Source of the DNA: Nitrospirota bacterium
Lineage (GTDB): Bacteria > Nitrospirota > UBA9217
Direction of reading: 5' to 3'
Assembly: GCA_029858565.1 (NCBI GenBank)
Contig: JAOUEV010000002.1
Location: forward strand, 1 to 64,000
Length of the DNA stretch: 64,000 nt
Each line of letters starts with the position of its first letter. Positions within the stretch are counted from its first letter, which is position 1. Both the position numbers and the translations under genes were made by a program. Under the pieces are notes generated by a model. It did not search any database, was not told the DNA's origin, and worked only from the letters and a program-made list of their open reading frames with translations. This document shows, one piece after another, positions 48,208 through 57,311 of the stretch.

Positions 48208-48846
48208 ATGAAAACTCTTATAACCATAGGAATGCTCGGGCTTGCGCTGGGAGGTATGACCATGGCTTTCGCTGATGACAGGACCAAGGCCGCAGGCGCT
48301 CCTGCGGTGAAGCTTGAAAAAGCGACCGTTGCGGGCGGATGCTTCTGGTGCATGGAGCCGCCGTTCGACAAGTTGAAAGGCGTGATATCGACCACCTCGG
48401 GATACACGGGTGGCAGCACAAAGGACCCGAAGTATGAGGAAGTGTCAGCGGGAATGACAGGCCATGCCGAAGCAGTGGAGATCCTGTTCGATCCCGGCCG
48501 GATAACCTACGGGGAGATCCTCGATGTGTTCTGGCGGAACATCGATCCGACGGTGAAGAACCGTCAGTTCGTGGATTCGGGAAGCCAGTACCGGACCGCC
48601 ATCTTCTATCACAATGAAGAACAGCGGCGGATCGCCGAGGACTCGAAAAAACAGCTGGCAGCATCGGAAAAATTCCAGGGGAAGACCATTGTAACGGAGA
48701 TCGTTCCCGCGGGCACTTTCTATCCTGCCGAGGAATATCACCAGGACTATTACAAAAAGAGTCCGACGCGATACAAGTTCTATCGCTTTAATTCCGGCCG
48801 CGATCTGTACCTTGACAGGATCTGGGGCAAGGACCGCGAAAAGTGA
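48208..48846 (+). CDS. msrA: Peptide methionine sulfoxide reductase MsrA with signal peptide
   Basis: AGGCFWCME, SGYTGG, TGHAEAV, QYRTAIFY, FYPAEEYHQDYY. Confidence 0.95.
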   Translation: MKTLITIGMLGLALGGMTMAFADDRTKAAGAPAVKLEKATVAGGCFWCMEPPFDKLKGVISTTSGYTGGSTKDPKYEEVSAGMTGHAEAVEILFDPGRITYGEILDVFWRNIDPTVKNRQFVDSGSQYRTAIFYHNEEQRRIAEDSKKQLAASEKFQGKTIVTEIVPAGTFYPAEEYHQDYYKKSPTRYKFYRFNSGRDLYLDRIWGKDREK

Positions 48847-48911
48847 GTCCGGCAGGAACGGGTGGCATCGTCTTGACGAAGAGGTCCGCAGTTCACTATA
48901 CTTCTTCCATC

Positions 48912-49439
48912 ATGGGAAAACGGTTGGCGATCGTTCTTGCCCTCGTAGGGATACTGCCCGCTCTTGTTGGCGACGCTATTGCTGCGGCCGACGACCGGAG
49001 GGTGGATGACATGTTCTGCGAGGGCAGTATGAGACTCTCTCTGCTCCTGGGGGGTGGACGGGCCTTTGACCAGGATTACCGTGTATACGGTATAGGCGTT
49101 GGATATTATTTCATCGACGGGCTGGAGGCGGGCCTTGAGGCCGAGACCTGGCAGGGCGCTCACCCGGGGATCAGGCGGGTCAGTCCTCAGGCCATGTACG
49201 TATTCCCCCTCGGTTCCCAGGTACGACCGTATCTTGGCGCATTCTATCGAAGAACATTTGTCCAGGACTACAAGAACCTCAGCGACGCCGGCGGCAGGGC
49301 AGGGATTCTGTTCCCTGTGGGCAGGTCTGCGTACCTGGGAGTGGGGGGTGTATACGAACAGCACATTGCCTGCGACCGTATTGTGTATGAATCCTGTTCA
49401 GAATCCTATCCCGAACTCACTATAGCCATTATCTTTTAA
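48912..49439 (+). CDS. Exported hypothetical protein, probable small outer-membrane beta-barrel
   Basis: Signal peptide, alternating Gly/aromatic strands, C-terminal Phe. Confidence 0.65.
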   Translation: MGKRLAIVLALVGILPALVGDAIAAADDRRVDDMFCEGSMRLSLLLGGGRAFDQDYRVYGIGVGYYFIDGLEAGLEAETWQGAHPGIRRVSPQAMYVFPLGSQVRPYLGAFYRRTFVQDYKNLSDAGGRAGILFPVGRSAYLGVGGVYEQHIACDRIVYESCSESYPELTIAIIF

Positions 49440-49722
49440 GCAGTTCCGCTTGCCGCAGTTCAAATTATCATGATAAAACAAAGCGCTTCACGGTTTTATC
49501 CATGAGCACTCCTGCTCCAAGGCCCTGAAGGTTCAGTCCAGAACACCGGGTTGTCTCATGGGGATAAATAGTAGTAGCGTACATGCAGTTTAAAGGTGTA
49601 TAATATTAGTTCTAAGGGCTGTAACATAGTAATTTCAATGAGTTCTAAAAACAGCCTCTTGAGCAGTTCCAGCGGGTGCAATATTAATCCGAAATGTTTT
49701 CATGTAGTTACAAGGAGGGCCT

Positions 49723-50121
49723 ATGCAGGAGACCTATTCGGCAGGTTCGTCAATCGTTTCCCAGTGCACAAAATGCAAGATCAGCCTCGACCATACGGTC
49801 GTTGCCATGGCCGGTGAAGTGGTCGCCAAGGTCAAATGCAGGACCTGCGGCAGTACGCATAAATTCCGTGATCCAGCAGCGGTCAAAAAGCCGCGTGTGA
49901 GCCGCAAGAAGTCAACCGAACCGCCCGCCTCAGCGCTGTGGCAGGCATGCCTTGCCCAAGCCCGGGGTAAAGAGCTGGTCTATGCCATGACCGGACGGTA
50001 CCGCGTGGGCGACATCCTCATCCACGACAAGTTCGGCAAGGGCGTGGTCCGGAAACTGGCCATGAACAAATGCCACGTGGTGTTCGAGGACAAGGAACGA
50101 CTCATGGCGTCTGCGAACTGA
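49723..50121 (+). CDS. Hypothetical Zn-ribbon protein
   Basis: AAGGAGG RBS; CTKC, VKCRTC, YRVGD.L.H.KFG.GVV. Confidence 0.8.
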   Translation: MQETYSAGSSIVSQCTKCKISLDHTVVAMAGEVVAKVKCRTCGSTHKFRDPAAVKKPRVSRKKSTEPPASALWQACLAQARGKELVYAMTGRYRVGDILIHDKFGKGVVRKLAMNKCHVVFEDKERLMASAN

Positions 50122-50160
50122 TCGGGAAACGATCCCGGACATTCTCTGTTCATCCAATTT

Positions 50161-50191
50161 AAAAAGCCTGATCTCATGATCGGGCTTTTTT
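50161..50191. terminator. Bidirectional intrinsic terminator
   Basis: aaaaagcctgatc-tcat-gatcgggcttttt. Confidence 0.75.
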
Positions 50192-50226
50192 ATTATTCGC
50201 GGTCATCTCGATAAGGCCGGATCATC

Positions 50227-50289
50227 ATGCTGCTCTACGTTGCCACCATCTGTCTAAGCGCGTTCCTGCTGTTCCAGGTCCAGCTGATG
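50227..50289 (+). pseudogene. N-terminal remnant of a fused MFS/spermidine synthase-like gene
   Basis: MLLYVATICLSAFLLFQVQL resembles that family's typical start (recalled as TIFLSAFLLFxVQP), then runs into the antisense strand of the ABC ATPase. Confidence 0.5.
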
Positions 50290-50291
50290 TC

Positions 50292-51050
50292 CTATTTCGC
50301 CAGGACCCTGCGCAGGAATGTTCGTGTCCGTTCCTGGCCCGGAGACGTGAAGATGCTCTCGGGTGGACCTTGCTCAACGATCTCCCCTTTGTCAAAGACA
50401 ACGACCTCGTGCGCGATTTCCCGTGCAAAGCCCATCTCATGGGTTGAAATGAGCGTTGTCATCCCTTCCTGGTACACCAGGTCCCTGATCACCGCCAGCA
50501 CATCCCCCACGGTCTCCGGATCGAGCGACGCCGTCGGCTCGTCAAAGAGCATTGCCTGGGGACGCATGGCCAGAGCCCGGGCAATGGCAACGCGCTGCTG
50601 TTCCCCGCCCGAGAGCGTTGCCGGCCGTGCCAGTGCTTTGCTCTCCAGATTGATCCTCCTGAGGAACGACAACGCGTCCTTTTCCGCGGTTCCGCGGTCA
50701 ATGCCGAGCACCCTCACCGGCGCTTCGACCACGTTCTCCAGCACGGTCATATGCGGGAAAAGATTGAACTGCTGAAAGACCATCCCGACCTTGAGCCGCA
50801 CCTGACGTATCGCCTCGGCGTCCTCCCGCGACGGCCGGCTGCGGTTCAGCGAATGGAGCGCGATCTCCGCCACATCGATCTCGCCCTGCTCAAAGTGCTC
50901 GAGCCCGTTGATGCACCGGAGAAGCGTGCTCTTGCCGCTGCCCGACGGCCCGATCAGCACGATCACTTCGCCTTTTTTCACCTCAAGGTCGATGCCCTGG
51001 AAGAGCTTGTGGTTGCCGAAGGATTTATAGAGGTTTCGGATCTTGATCAT
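50292..51050 (-). CDS. Polar amino acid ABC transporter ATP-binding protein (GlnQ-like)
   Basis: GPSGSGKSTLLRCIN, MVFQQFNLFPH, LSGGEQQRVAIARAL, FDEPT, THEMGFA. Confidence 0.95.
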   Translation of the reverse strand: MIKIRNLYKSFGNHKLFQGIDLEVKKGEVIVLIGPSGSGKSTLLRCINGLEHFEQGEIDVAEIALHSLNRSRPSREDAEAIRQVRLKVGMVFQQFNLFPHMTVLENVVEAPVRVLGIDRGTAEKDALSFLRRINLESKALARPATLSGGEQQRVAIARALAMRPQAMLFDEPTASLDPETVGDVLAVIRDLVYQEGMTTLISTHEMGFAREIAHEVVVFDKGEIVEQGPPESIFTSPGQERTRTFLRRVLAK

Positions 51051-51076
51051 AATATCTTATCTACTTCCACATCGTC

Positions 51077-51182
51077 CTCGCGCGAAGCCACGAAGCCACG
51101 AAGAACAGCGTTTAAACTCGATTCTGCCTGGATGTGAATTTGTCATTTGCTTTCCTTCGTGCGCTTCGTGACTTCGTGCGAG
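51077..51182. repeat. Palindromic element with (CACGAAG)x3 terminal arrays, copy 2
   Basis: ctcgcgcgaagccacgaagccacgaag ... cttcgtgcgcttcgtgacttcgtgcgag. Confidence 0.85.
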
Positions 51183-51224
51183 AATAGGGTTTGTGAACCT
51201 GTTCTGATTGCTTATCTGCAATTT

Positions 51225-52712
51225 CTATTTGTGTCCCTTGAGCTTTCTTTCCAATCTCCTCGCCATGATCGACAGCGGCCAGCTCATGCCGAAATAGAGC
51301 AATGCCACCACCAGCCCCAGCTCGAAGTACCGGAGCGTGGTGGCTGCAAGGATGCTGTAGGTCTTGGTCAGCTCCACCATGGCTATCACCGAAACTATCG
51401 AAGAATCCTTAAAGAGCGCGATGAAGTCGTTGGTAACGGCCGGAAGGCTGATGCGGAAGGCCTGCGGCAGGATGATGCGCCGGAGCGCAAGGAGCCGCGG
51501 CATGCCGAGCGACAGGGCGGCCTCCATCTGGCCTTTGGGCACTGCCTCGATGCCTCCGCGGTAGACTTCTGCCTCATAGGCCGCGTAGTTCATGCCCAGG
51601 CCGATGATGGCTGCCGCGAACGGCGAAAGCACGATCCCGATGTTCGGCAGGCCGTAATAGATAATGAAGAGCTGGATCAGGAGCGGCGTGCCGCGATAGA
51701 CCTCGATATAAACGGCTGAGGCTGCGCTCAATGCCCCTGGTCCGTACATGCGCAGGAATGCCAGGCAGATGCCGAGGCCTATGGCCAATGCCATGGAAAT
51801 GATTGACAGGACCACGGTCATTCCCGCGCCTTTGAGCAGGGACGGCAGGAACGTCGAGAGCGGAGCTTCGTCGCTGTCGGTCCTGAGCTTTGACGCGGTG
51901 TCTGTGGCAGCAGCGGTCTCGAACAGCTTTGTCTGGGTCTTGTCCCAGAGGTCCCACTTGTCATAGATGTTCTTGAGCTCGCCGGTTCGCAGGAGCTTGT
52001 CAATGACCTTGTCGATCGCCTGCTTCAGCTCACGGTCGTCTTTTCTTATCGCGATGCCGTAGAACCCTTCGCCCTCAGGCGGGCCGACGTACTTGAGCCG
52101 CTTGTCCGGTTTTGCATAATAAGCGGTGATGGGGGTGTCCAGGAATGCCGCGTCTATCCTTCCGAGAGCCAGATCGTCGTAAGGCCAGACAGCTGAGTAG
52201 GACTTGAGGGTCACTCCGCCTATCTTCCTGAGCAGGGAATCGGCCATTGCGCCTGCAAGGGTGCCTACGGTCATTCCTTTCAGGTCAGCGATGGAATTGA
52301 TCCTGGTCTCGTCCTTTCGCACCACCAGCTGGAGCGTATATACATAGTAGGGCCGGGACATGAGCACGCGCTTCTGGCGCTCGGGGATGATCTCCAGCCC
52401 GTTCATGGCAATGTCGTAATTGCCCCGCTCAAGGCCAGGCACCAGGCTGTCCCACTCCGTCTGGACCACCTGCGCCCTGACACCGAGCTCCCGGGCGATG
52501 GCCTCGGCGATATCAGCCTCGAATCCGAGCAAACGGGAAGGGTCTTTTGGATCAGGGAAAGCCAGCGGCGCGCCGCCGGCAATATCGCAGCCCCAGAGCA
52601 GCACGCCGCGCTGCTTGATCGTGTCGAGTGTGGAGGGTGCGGCATTGGCTGATGCCGCGGCCAGCAGGAAGAAGAAAAGGGCCAGGACCGTTCTCAGAAG
52701 CCGGGAAGGCAT
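51225..52712 (-). CDS. Fused amino acid ABC transporter substrate-binding protein/permease
   Basis: SBP_bac_3 domain (GFEADIA, WDSLVPGL), then RGTPLLIQL, YEAEVYRGGI.AVPKGQMEAA, FKDSS. Confidence 0.93.
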   Translation of the reverse strand: MPSRLLRTVLALFFFLLAAASANAAPSTLDTIKQRGVLLWGCDIAGGAPLAFPDPKDPSRLLGFEADIAEAIARELGVRAQVVQTEWDSLVPGLERGNYDIAMNGLEIIPERQKRVLMSRPYYVYTLQLVVRKDETRINSIADLKGMTVGTLAGAMADSLLRKIGGVTLKSYSAVWPYDDLALGRIDAAFLDTPITAYYAKPDKRLKYVGPPEGEGFYGIAIRKDDRELKQAIDKVIDKLLRTGELKNIYDKWDLWDKTQTKLFETAAATDTASKLRTDSDEAPLSTFLPSLLKGAGMTVVLSIISMALAIGLGICLAFLRMYGPGALSAASAVYIEVYRGTPLLIQLFIIYYGLPNIGIVLSPFAAAIIGLGMNYAAYEAEVYRGGIEAVPKGQMEAALSLGMPRLLALRRIILPQAFRISLPAVTNDFIALFKDSSIVSVIAMVELTKTYSILAATTLRYFELGLVVALLYFGMSWPLSIMARRLERKLKGHK

Positions 52713-52755
52713 GGAGAACAGTAGCATTGAGCGAAGAGGCTGTCAAGAGCGGACC

Positions 52756-52783
52756 TTGACAATTACTGCCATATGTATATAAT
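52756..52783 (+). promoter_or_regulatory. Near-consensus sigma70 promoter facing the cassette-like region
   Basis: TTGACA-16 nt-TATAAT, back to back with a minus-strand TTGACA-17-TACTGT (52746-52718). Confidence 0.55.
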
Positions 52784-53085
52784 CGGACTTGCTCCATCTA
52801 TGTCGCTGACATCCTTCCGCTATTCTACTACAACGAAGTACAAGATATACAGGATCGCGAGGTGTTGCATCGATTCGAGGATGATACTTTGGTGCCTGTT
52901 CGGGTCGGGTACCGTGATGCTGCGTGACGGGAAATGGCAAAGGCTGCGAAAGGTAAGTGGGATCCAGAGAAGCGTTTATGGTATATCCAATTCGGAAGAA
53001 TCAATAACACAGAGCTGGCAAAGTTTATCGTATCATAAACCACGCTCTCGGAAAAAGTTTATGATAGCAATAACCGGTTTATGAT

Positions 53086-53262
53086 ACAACAGGAACATTC
53101 AGCCCGGCTGCGATCAAAGAGGCCACCCGCGATGGAGCGCCACCGATTGACCTGGTTGACGGGGACCAACTTGCGGAGAAACTCAAGGAGCTTGGACTCG
53201 GCCTCAAGAAAGAAATGGTAGAAAAAGTCAGCATTGACAAGGATTGGTTTAGGAACCTATAA
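53086..53262 (+). pseudogene. mrr: C-terminal remnant of an Mrr restriction endonuclease
   Basis: TTGTFSPAAIKEATRDGAPPIDLVDGDQLAEKLKELGLG...DWFRNL*; the N-terminal part of the gene is missing. Confidence 0.75.
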
Positions 53263-53327
53263 AAAGTCTTGACGACTCAGCCTGGCCGGTGTATCTTCAA
53301 TGTAGATACATTGAGGGAGGCTGTGTT

Positions 53328-53570
53328 ATGAAAACACGTGTTCAGAAATGGGGCAATAGTCTTGCTTTGCGCATTCCAAAAGCATTTGCGGACGAAGTCG
53401 GTTTGCTGAAAGATTCTTCTGTTGAGGTATCTCTGACGAATGGGAATCTTGTCGTCGTGCCAATTGAAAAACCGGGCGTGACCTTGAAAAAACTATTGGC
53501 GCAGATTACCGAAAACAATATTCATCACGAGGTAGACAGCGGACCCGCGGTTGGGAATGAAACATGGTAG
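53328..53570 (+). CDS. mazE: MazE/AbrB-type antitoxin
   Basis: VQKWGNSLALRIPK...TLKKLLAQIT..N.H.EVD.G..VG.E.W; upstream TTGACG-17-TATCTT and the palindrome tgtatct...agataca. Confidence 0.92.
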   Translation: MKTRVQKWGNSLALRIPKAFADEVGLLKDSSVEVSLTNGNLVVVPIEKPGVTLKKLLAQITENNIHHEVDSGPAVGNETW

Positions 53571-53911
53571 ATCCCAAATCATATGTCCCCAAGCGGGGTG
53601 ACGTGGTTTGGATAACTTTAAACCCTCAAGCCGGGCACGAACAGGCGGGGCGAAGACCTGCTGTCGTTCTTTCGCCTCAACCGTACAATGAAAAGGTTGG
53701 CCTCGCCCTCCTCTGTCCCATCACAAATCAAATCAAAGGATATCCTTTTGAAGTTGTCATACCCCCCGACCTGAGCGTAACCGGAGCAATTCTTTCCGAT
53801 CAAGTGAAGAGTTTGGATTGGCGAACACGAAACGCGGAATTGATCGGCGTCTTGCCTCCCAAGACAATATCCGAAGTGCTGCAAAAAATCGGACTACTGC
53901 TTACACGGTAG
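53564..53911 (+). CDS. mazF: MazF endoribonuclease toxin
   Basis: YVPKRGDVVW...PQAGHEQAGRRPAVVLSP..YN...CPIT..KGYPFEV...DQVKSLDW. Confidence 0.93.
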   Translation: MVDPKSYVPKRGDVVWITLNPQAGHEQAGRRPAVVLSPQPYNEKVGLALLCPITNQIKGYPFEVVIPPDLSVTGAILSDQVKSLDWRTRNAELIGVLPPKTISEVLQKIGLLLTR

Positions 53912-53938
53912 TCCAGCATTCTCATAATACAAAGAATA

Positions 53939-53998
53939 TTTCAACCAGCGGCTCGACGCCAACACGGGCTGCGCCCGTGGGTCAGCCGCGCGTTAAAA
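53939..53998 (+). mobile_element. Integron attC-like recombination site
   Basis: TTTCAAC (R'') - CAGCGGCT[C]GAC - stem ACGGGC-TGC-GCCCGT - GTCAGCCGCGC - GTTAAAA (R'). One extrahelical base, 60 bp long; the next ATG follows 2 nt later. Confidence 0.78.
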
Positions 53999-54000
53999 CT

Positions 54001-54471
54001 ATGAGAGCCAAAATTACAACCATAATCGCAACGAATGAAAGGAAGATGTGGAACGAGATACAGAAAGTATCATCTCTCATGTATGTTGCATCTCCAATCC
54101 TGATTTTCAAATCTCGGAATGGAGAGGAACTGCCTGAAAAATGGGAAATTGAGAAGCGATACCAGTTCCGGATTTATGCATTGGGTTTCGTGCCACTTGG
54201 TGCTCACGATATTGTCGTGAAAAAAATCGATCCAGATAAAAAAGAATTATTCACGAATGAATCCGGTTTTTTGGCAAAAACGTGGGACCACTTTATTCGG
54301 ATTGAACACATTGATGCGAATACCATCAGGTATTCCGATGAAATTGAAATAAAAGCTGGCATCCTTACTATATTTATCTGGCTATTTGCACATGTTTTCT
54401 ATAGGCACCGCCAAAAAAGGTGGAAAGCATTGTTCGTCAATGCGATCTGCCGATCAACTCAAAAATCCTGA
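54001..54471 (+). CDS. AT-rich cassette-type hypothetical protein (SRPBCC-like)
   Basis: Starts immediately after the attC site; WDHFIRIE....RYSDEIEI.AG.......FYRHRQKRW; low GC. Confidence 0.7.
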   Translation: MRAKITTIIATNERKMWNEIQKVSSLMYVASPILIFKSRNGEELPEKWEIEKRYQFRIYALGFVPLGAHDIVVKKIDPDKKELFTNESGFLAKTWDHFIRIEHIDANTIRYSDEIEIKAGILTIFIWLFAHVFYRHRQKRWKALFVNAICRSTQKS

Positions 54472-54666
54472 TCGAACGGCGAGACAGGTAGCTGTATTGC
54501 GCTGTCTCAAGGTATTCGGGAGCGATATCCCGGCTGATGACGCTGTAGGTTGCATCGAATTCCAGTGAGTCATGGGCGAGATCGATGAAGTTGAAGGTGT
54601 CTTTCATTGGCGAACTATAGGGGAAAGAGGCCGAATCGTCAACAGCGATAAACTAAATTCCCTCTG

Positions 54667-54710
54667 TTGACAAGTCCCGCTCATTCTGGCTATAATATGG
54701 CCAGAATGAG
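54667..54710 (+). promoter_or_regulatory. TA promoter with a palindromic operator
   Basis: TTGACA...TATAAT; CTCATTCTGGC-tataatatg-GCCAGAATGAG forms perfect 11-bp arms around the -10 box and covers the ATG. Confidence 0.75.
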
Positions 54711-54993
54711 ATACGAGATTGTATTATCCCCAGAGGCAAACGAGGATTTAAAACGATTGAACGCTCATGACCGCGCGACAGTGCAGGATTTAATGAAAGT
54801 CCATCTGCGCCATGAGCCTGCAAAAATCAGTAAAAGTCGGATAAAAAGGTTGCGCGGCCTGAATCGCCCGCAGTACAGACTGCGCATTGATGAATATCGC
54901 ATCTTTTATGACGTTAGTGAAGATAGGGTAGAAATACTCGCCATAATCACCAAATCCGCAGCCGCAAAATGGCTTGAAGAAGTAGGAGAATAA
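54706..54993 (+). CDS. RelE/ParE family toxin
   Basis: YEIVLSPEA.EDLKRL...IKRLRG...YRLRIDEYRIFYDV. Confidence 0.88.
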   Translation: MRYEIVLSPEANEDLKRLNAHDRATVQDLMKVHLRHEPAKISKSRIKRLRGLNRPQYRLRIDEYRIFYDVSEDRVEILAIITKSAAAKWLEEVGE

Positions 54994-54995
54994 CG

Positions 54996-55229
54996 ATGAA
55001 AAAGATAGCATTGTCTGAGGTGAAGGATGACCTTTCCCGGTATTTACGCGCCGCCGAGAAAGAGGAAATTGTGATCACGCGCCATGGCAAGCCTGCCGGG
55101 GTTCTGATAGGATTCGAGTCAGAAGAGGATTGGTTTGACTATCGCTTGGAGAATGACCCCCGTTTTCTGAGTCGGATTCAGCAGGCACGCAATAGTATCA
55201 AAGCCGGAAAAGGAATAAAGCTGGAGTAG
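54996..55229 (+). CDS. Phd/YefM family antitoxin (downstream of the toxin)
   Basis: IALSEVKDDLSRYLR.AEKEEIVITRHGKPAGVL. Confidence 0.9.
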   Translation: MKKIALSEVKDDLSRYLRAAEKEEIVITRHGKPAGVLIGFESEEDWFDYRLENDPRFLSRIQQARNSIKAGKGIKLE

Positions 55230-55374
55230 CCATAGACTCACCGATCCAACCACTTCTTTTGTTTCTTAACCGGAACTCTCCCGCAGCTTTCATCCCTGTT
55301 GCATTCCTTCCCGGTCATGGATTATAATCTGTCCGTTTGCAGAGGCCGGACCCTTCCGGCGAGGAGGAGTTGAT

Positions 55375-57270
55375 TTGGCAGCTACCTATACAGCAAAAGA
55401 CATCACGGTCCTGGAAGGACTGGAGCCGGTCCGCAAGCGGCCGGCAATGTATATCGGGTCCACGGACATCCGCGGGCTGCACCATCTCGTATGGGAAGTG
55501 CTCGACAACGCGGTTGACGAAGCATTGAACGGATTCTGCACGGCGATCACGCTGCGCATCGAGAAGGACGGCGGCGTGACCGTGACGGACAACGGCCGCG
55601 GCATCCCCGTGGACATCCATCCCAAGACCAAGCGTCCGGCGATCGAGACGATCCTCTGCACGCTCCACGCGGGCGGCAAGTTCGACCACACGGCCTACCG
55701 CTCCTCCGGCGGTCTGCACGGCGTGGGCGCGTCGGTGGTGAATGCCCTTGCCGAGGTCTTTATCGCACGGGTATGGCGCGACGGGTACGAGTGGACCCAG
55801 GAGTACACCCGCGGCAAGCCGAAGCATAATCTCAAGAAGGGCAAACCCACGAAGTCGCACGGTACGGAGATCTATTTCAAACCCGATACGGAGATCTTCT
55901 CCAAGACCCATTTCAACGCCAAGACCATCCTGGACGTGACCGAGAGCAAGGCTTTCCTGAACAAGGGCCTCAAGATCACCATCGAGAACGACCGGGACGG
56001 CGAGAAACCGGTCACCTTCAAGTACGACAACGGCATCCAGGACTATATCAAGCGAATTGTTTCTGCCACCACGGTGGTGAATGCCGAGCCTTTCTACTTC
56101 GAGAAAGAGGACGACTTCAAGATCGAGTGCGCCATGCACTGGACCCTGGCAACGGACATGGAGATCCATTCCTACGCCAACTCGATCAACACCTCCGACG
56201 GCGGCACCCATGAGCTCGCGGTGCGCGCCGGGCTGACCAAGGCGGTGCGGGCCTACGCGGAGCGCAAGAACCTGATCCCCAAGAACATCAAGACCATTGC
56301 TCCTGAGGACGTGTACGAAGGCCTCTACGGCATCGTGAGCGTGCTGGTCAAGAATCCCCAGTTCCAGGGCCAGACCAAGGAGAAGCTGAACAATCCCGAG
56401 ATCTCCTCGCCCATCGAGAACTCGGTCAAGAACGCCTGCGAGGCCTATCTGCTTGCCAACCCGACCATGTCCGACGCGGTGGTGAAGCGTGTGCTGCTGG
56501 CCTCAGAGGCGCGCATGGCGTCGCGGGCCGCCAAGGACAGCGTCACCCGGAAGCTGTCGTCGCTCAAGCTGAACCTTCCGGGCAAATTATCCGATTGCTC
56601 AACGAACAAGGTGGAGGACTCGGAGCTCTTTATTGTGGAAGGAGACTCCGCAGGCGGGTCCGCAAAGATGGCGCGCGACCGGAAGACCCAGGCGGTGCTG
56701 TCCTTGCGCGGCAAGATCCTGAACGTCGAGCACGTGGCGTCGCTTGAGAAGATCCAGTCGAACAACGAGATCAAGAACCTGTTGGCAACCTTCGGGTGCG
56801 GGTTGGGGGCCCATTTCGACCTGAACAAGCTCAGGTACAACCGCATCATCCTCATGACCGATGCGGACGTGGACGGCGCCCATATCAGCGTGCTGCTGCT
56901 TACCTTTATTTATCGGTACATGCCCGAGCTGATCAACAAGGGCCACGTATTCCTTGCCATGCCGCCGCTCTTCAGGATCGAGGTGGGCAAGGAGGTCATG
57001 TATGCCATGGATGACATGGAAAAGGAGAATATCCTGGCCAAGCTGAACAACCGAAAGTACGAGGTCGGTCGTTTCAAGGGACTGGGCGAAATGAATCCCG
57101 AGACGCTGAAGGAAACTACCATGAACCCCAAGACCCGCACGCTCATGAAGGTGCAGGTGCTGGACCACAAGGCCACCGGCGACGTGTTCGAGCGGCTCAT
57201 GGGCAAGGATCCCAAGGCCCGGTTCACCTTTATCCAGGAGCGGGCGGAGTACGCGGAACTGGATATCTAA
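55375..57270 (+). CDS. Type IIA topoisomerase B subunit (ParE/GyrB family)
   Basis: LEGLEPVRKRPAMYIG, DNAVDE, GRGIP, GGLHGVGASVVNAL, EGDSAGG, LRGKILN, MTDADVDG, RFKGLGEMNP; TTG start with GAGGAG RBS. Confidence 0.93.
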   Translation: MAATYTAKDITVLEGLEPVRKRPAMYIGSTDIRGLHHLVWEVLDNAVDEALNGFCTAITLRIEKDGGVTVTDNGRGIPVDIHPKTKRPAIETILCTLHAGGKFDHTAYRSSGGLHGVGASVVNALAEVFIARVWRDGYEWTQEYTRGKPKHNLKKGKPTKSHGTEIYFKPDTEIFSKTHFNAKTILDVTESKAFLNKGLKITIENDRDGEKPVTFKYDNGIQDYIKRIVSATTVVNAEPFYFEKEDDFKIECAMHWTLATDMEIHSYANSINTSDGGTHELAVRAGLTKAVRAYAERKNLIPKNIKTIAPEDVYEGLYGIVSVLVKNPQFQGQTKEKLNNPEISSPIENSVKNACEAYLLANPTMSDAVVKRVLLASEARMASRAAKDSVTRKLSSLKLNLPGKLSDCSTNKVEDSELFIVEGDSAGGSAKMARDRKTQAVLSLRGKILNVEHVASLEKIQSNNEIKNLLATFGCGLGAHFDLNKLRYNRIILMTDADVDGAHISVLLLTFIYRYMPELINKGHVFLAMPPLFRIEVGKEVMYAMDDMEKENILAKLNNRKYEVGRFKGLGEMNPETLKETTMNPKTRTLMKVQVLDHKATGDVFERLMGKDPKARFTFIQERAEYAELDI

Positions 57271-57311
57271 GTTAAAGCGACACGTTTTAAATGGAAGAGC
57301 AAGGGATATTG

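Noticed and set aside
54440-54607. Small minus-strand ORF MKDTFNFIDLAHDSLEFD... (about 55 aa)
   Set aside because: Could be a gene remnant, but I cannot assign a family and it overlaps the end of the cassette ORF.
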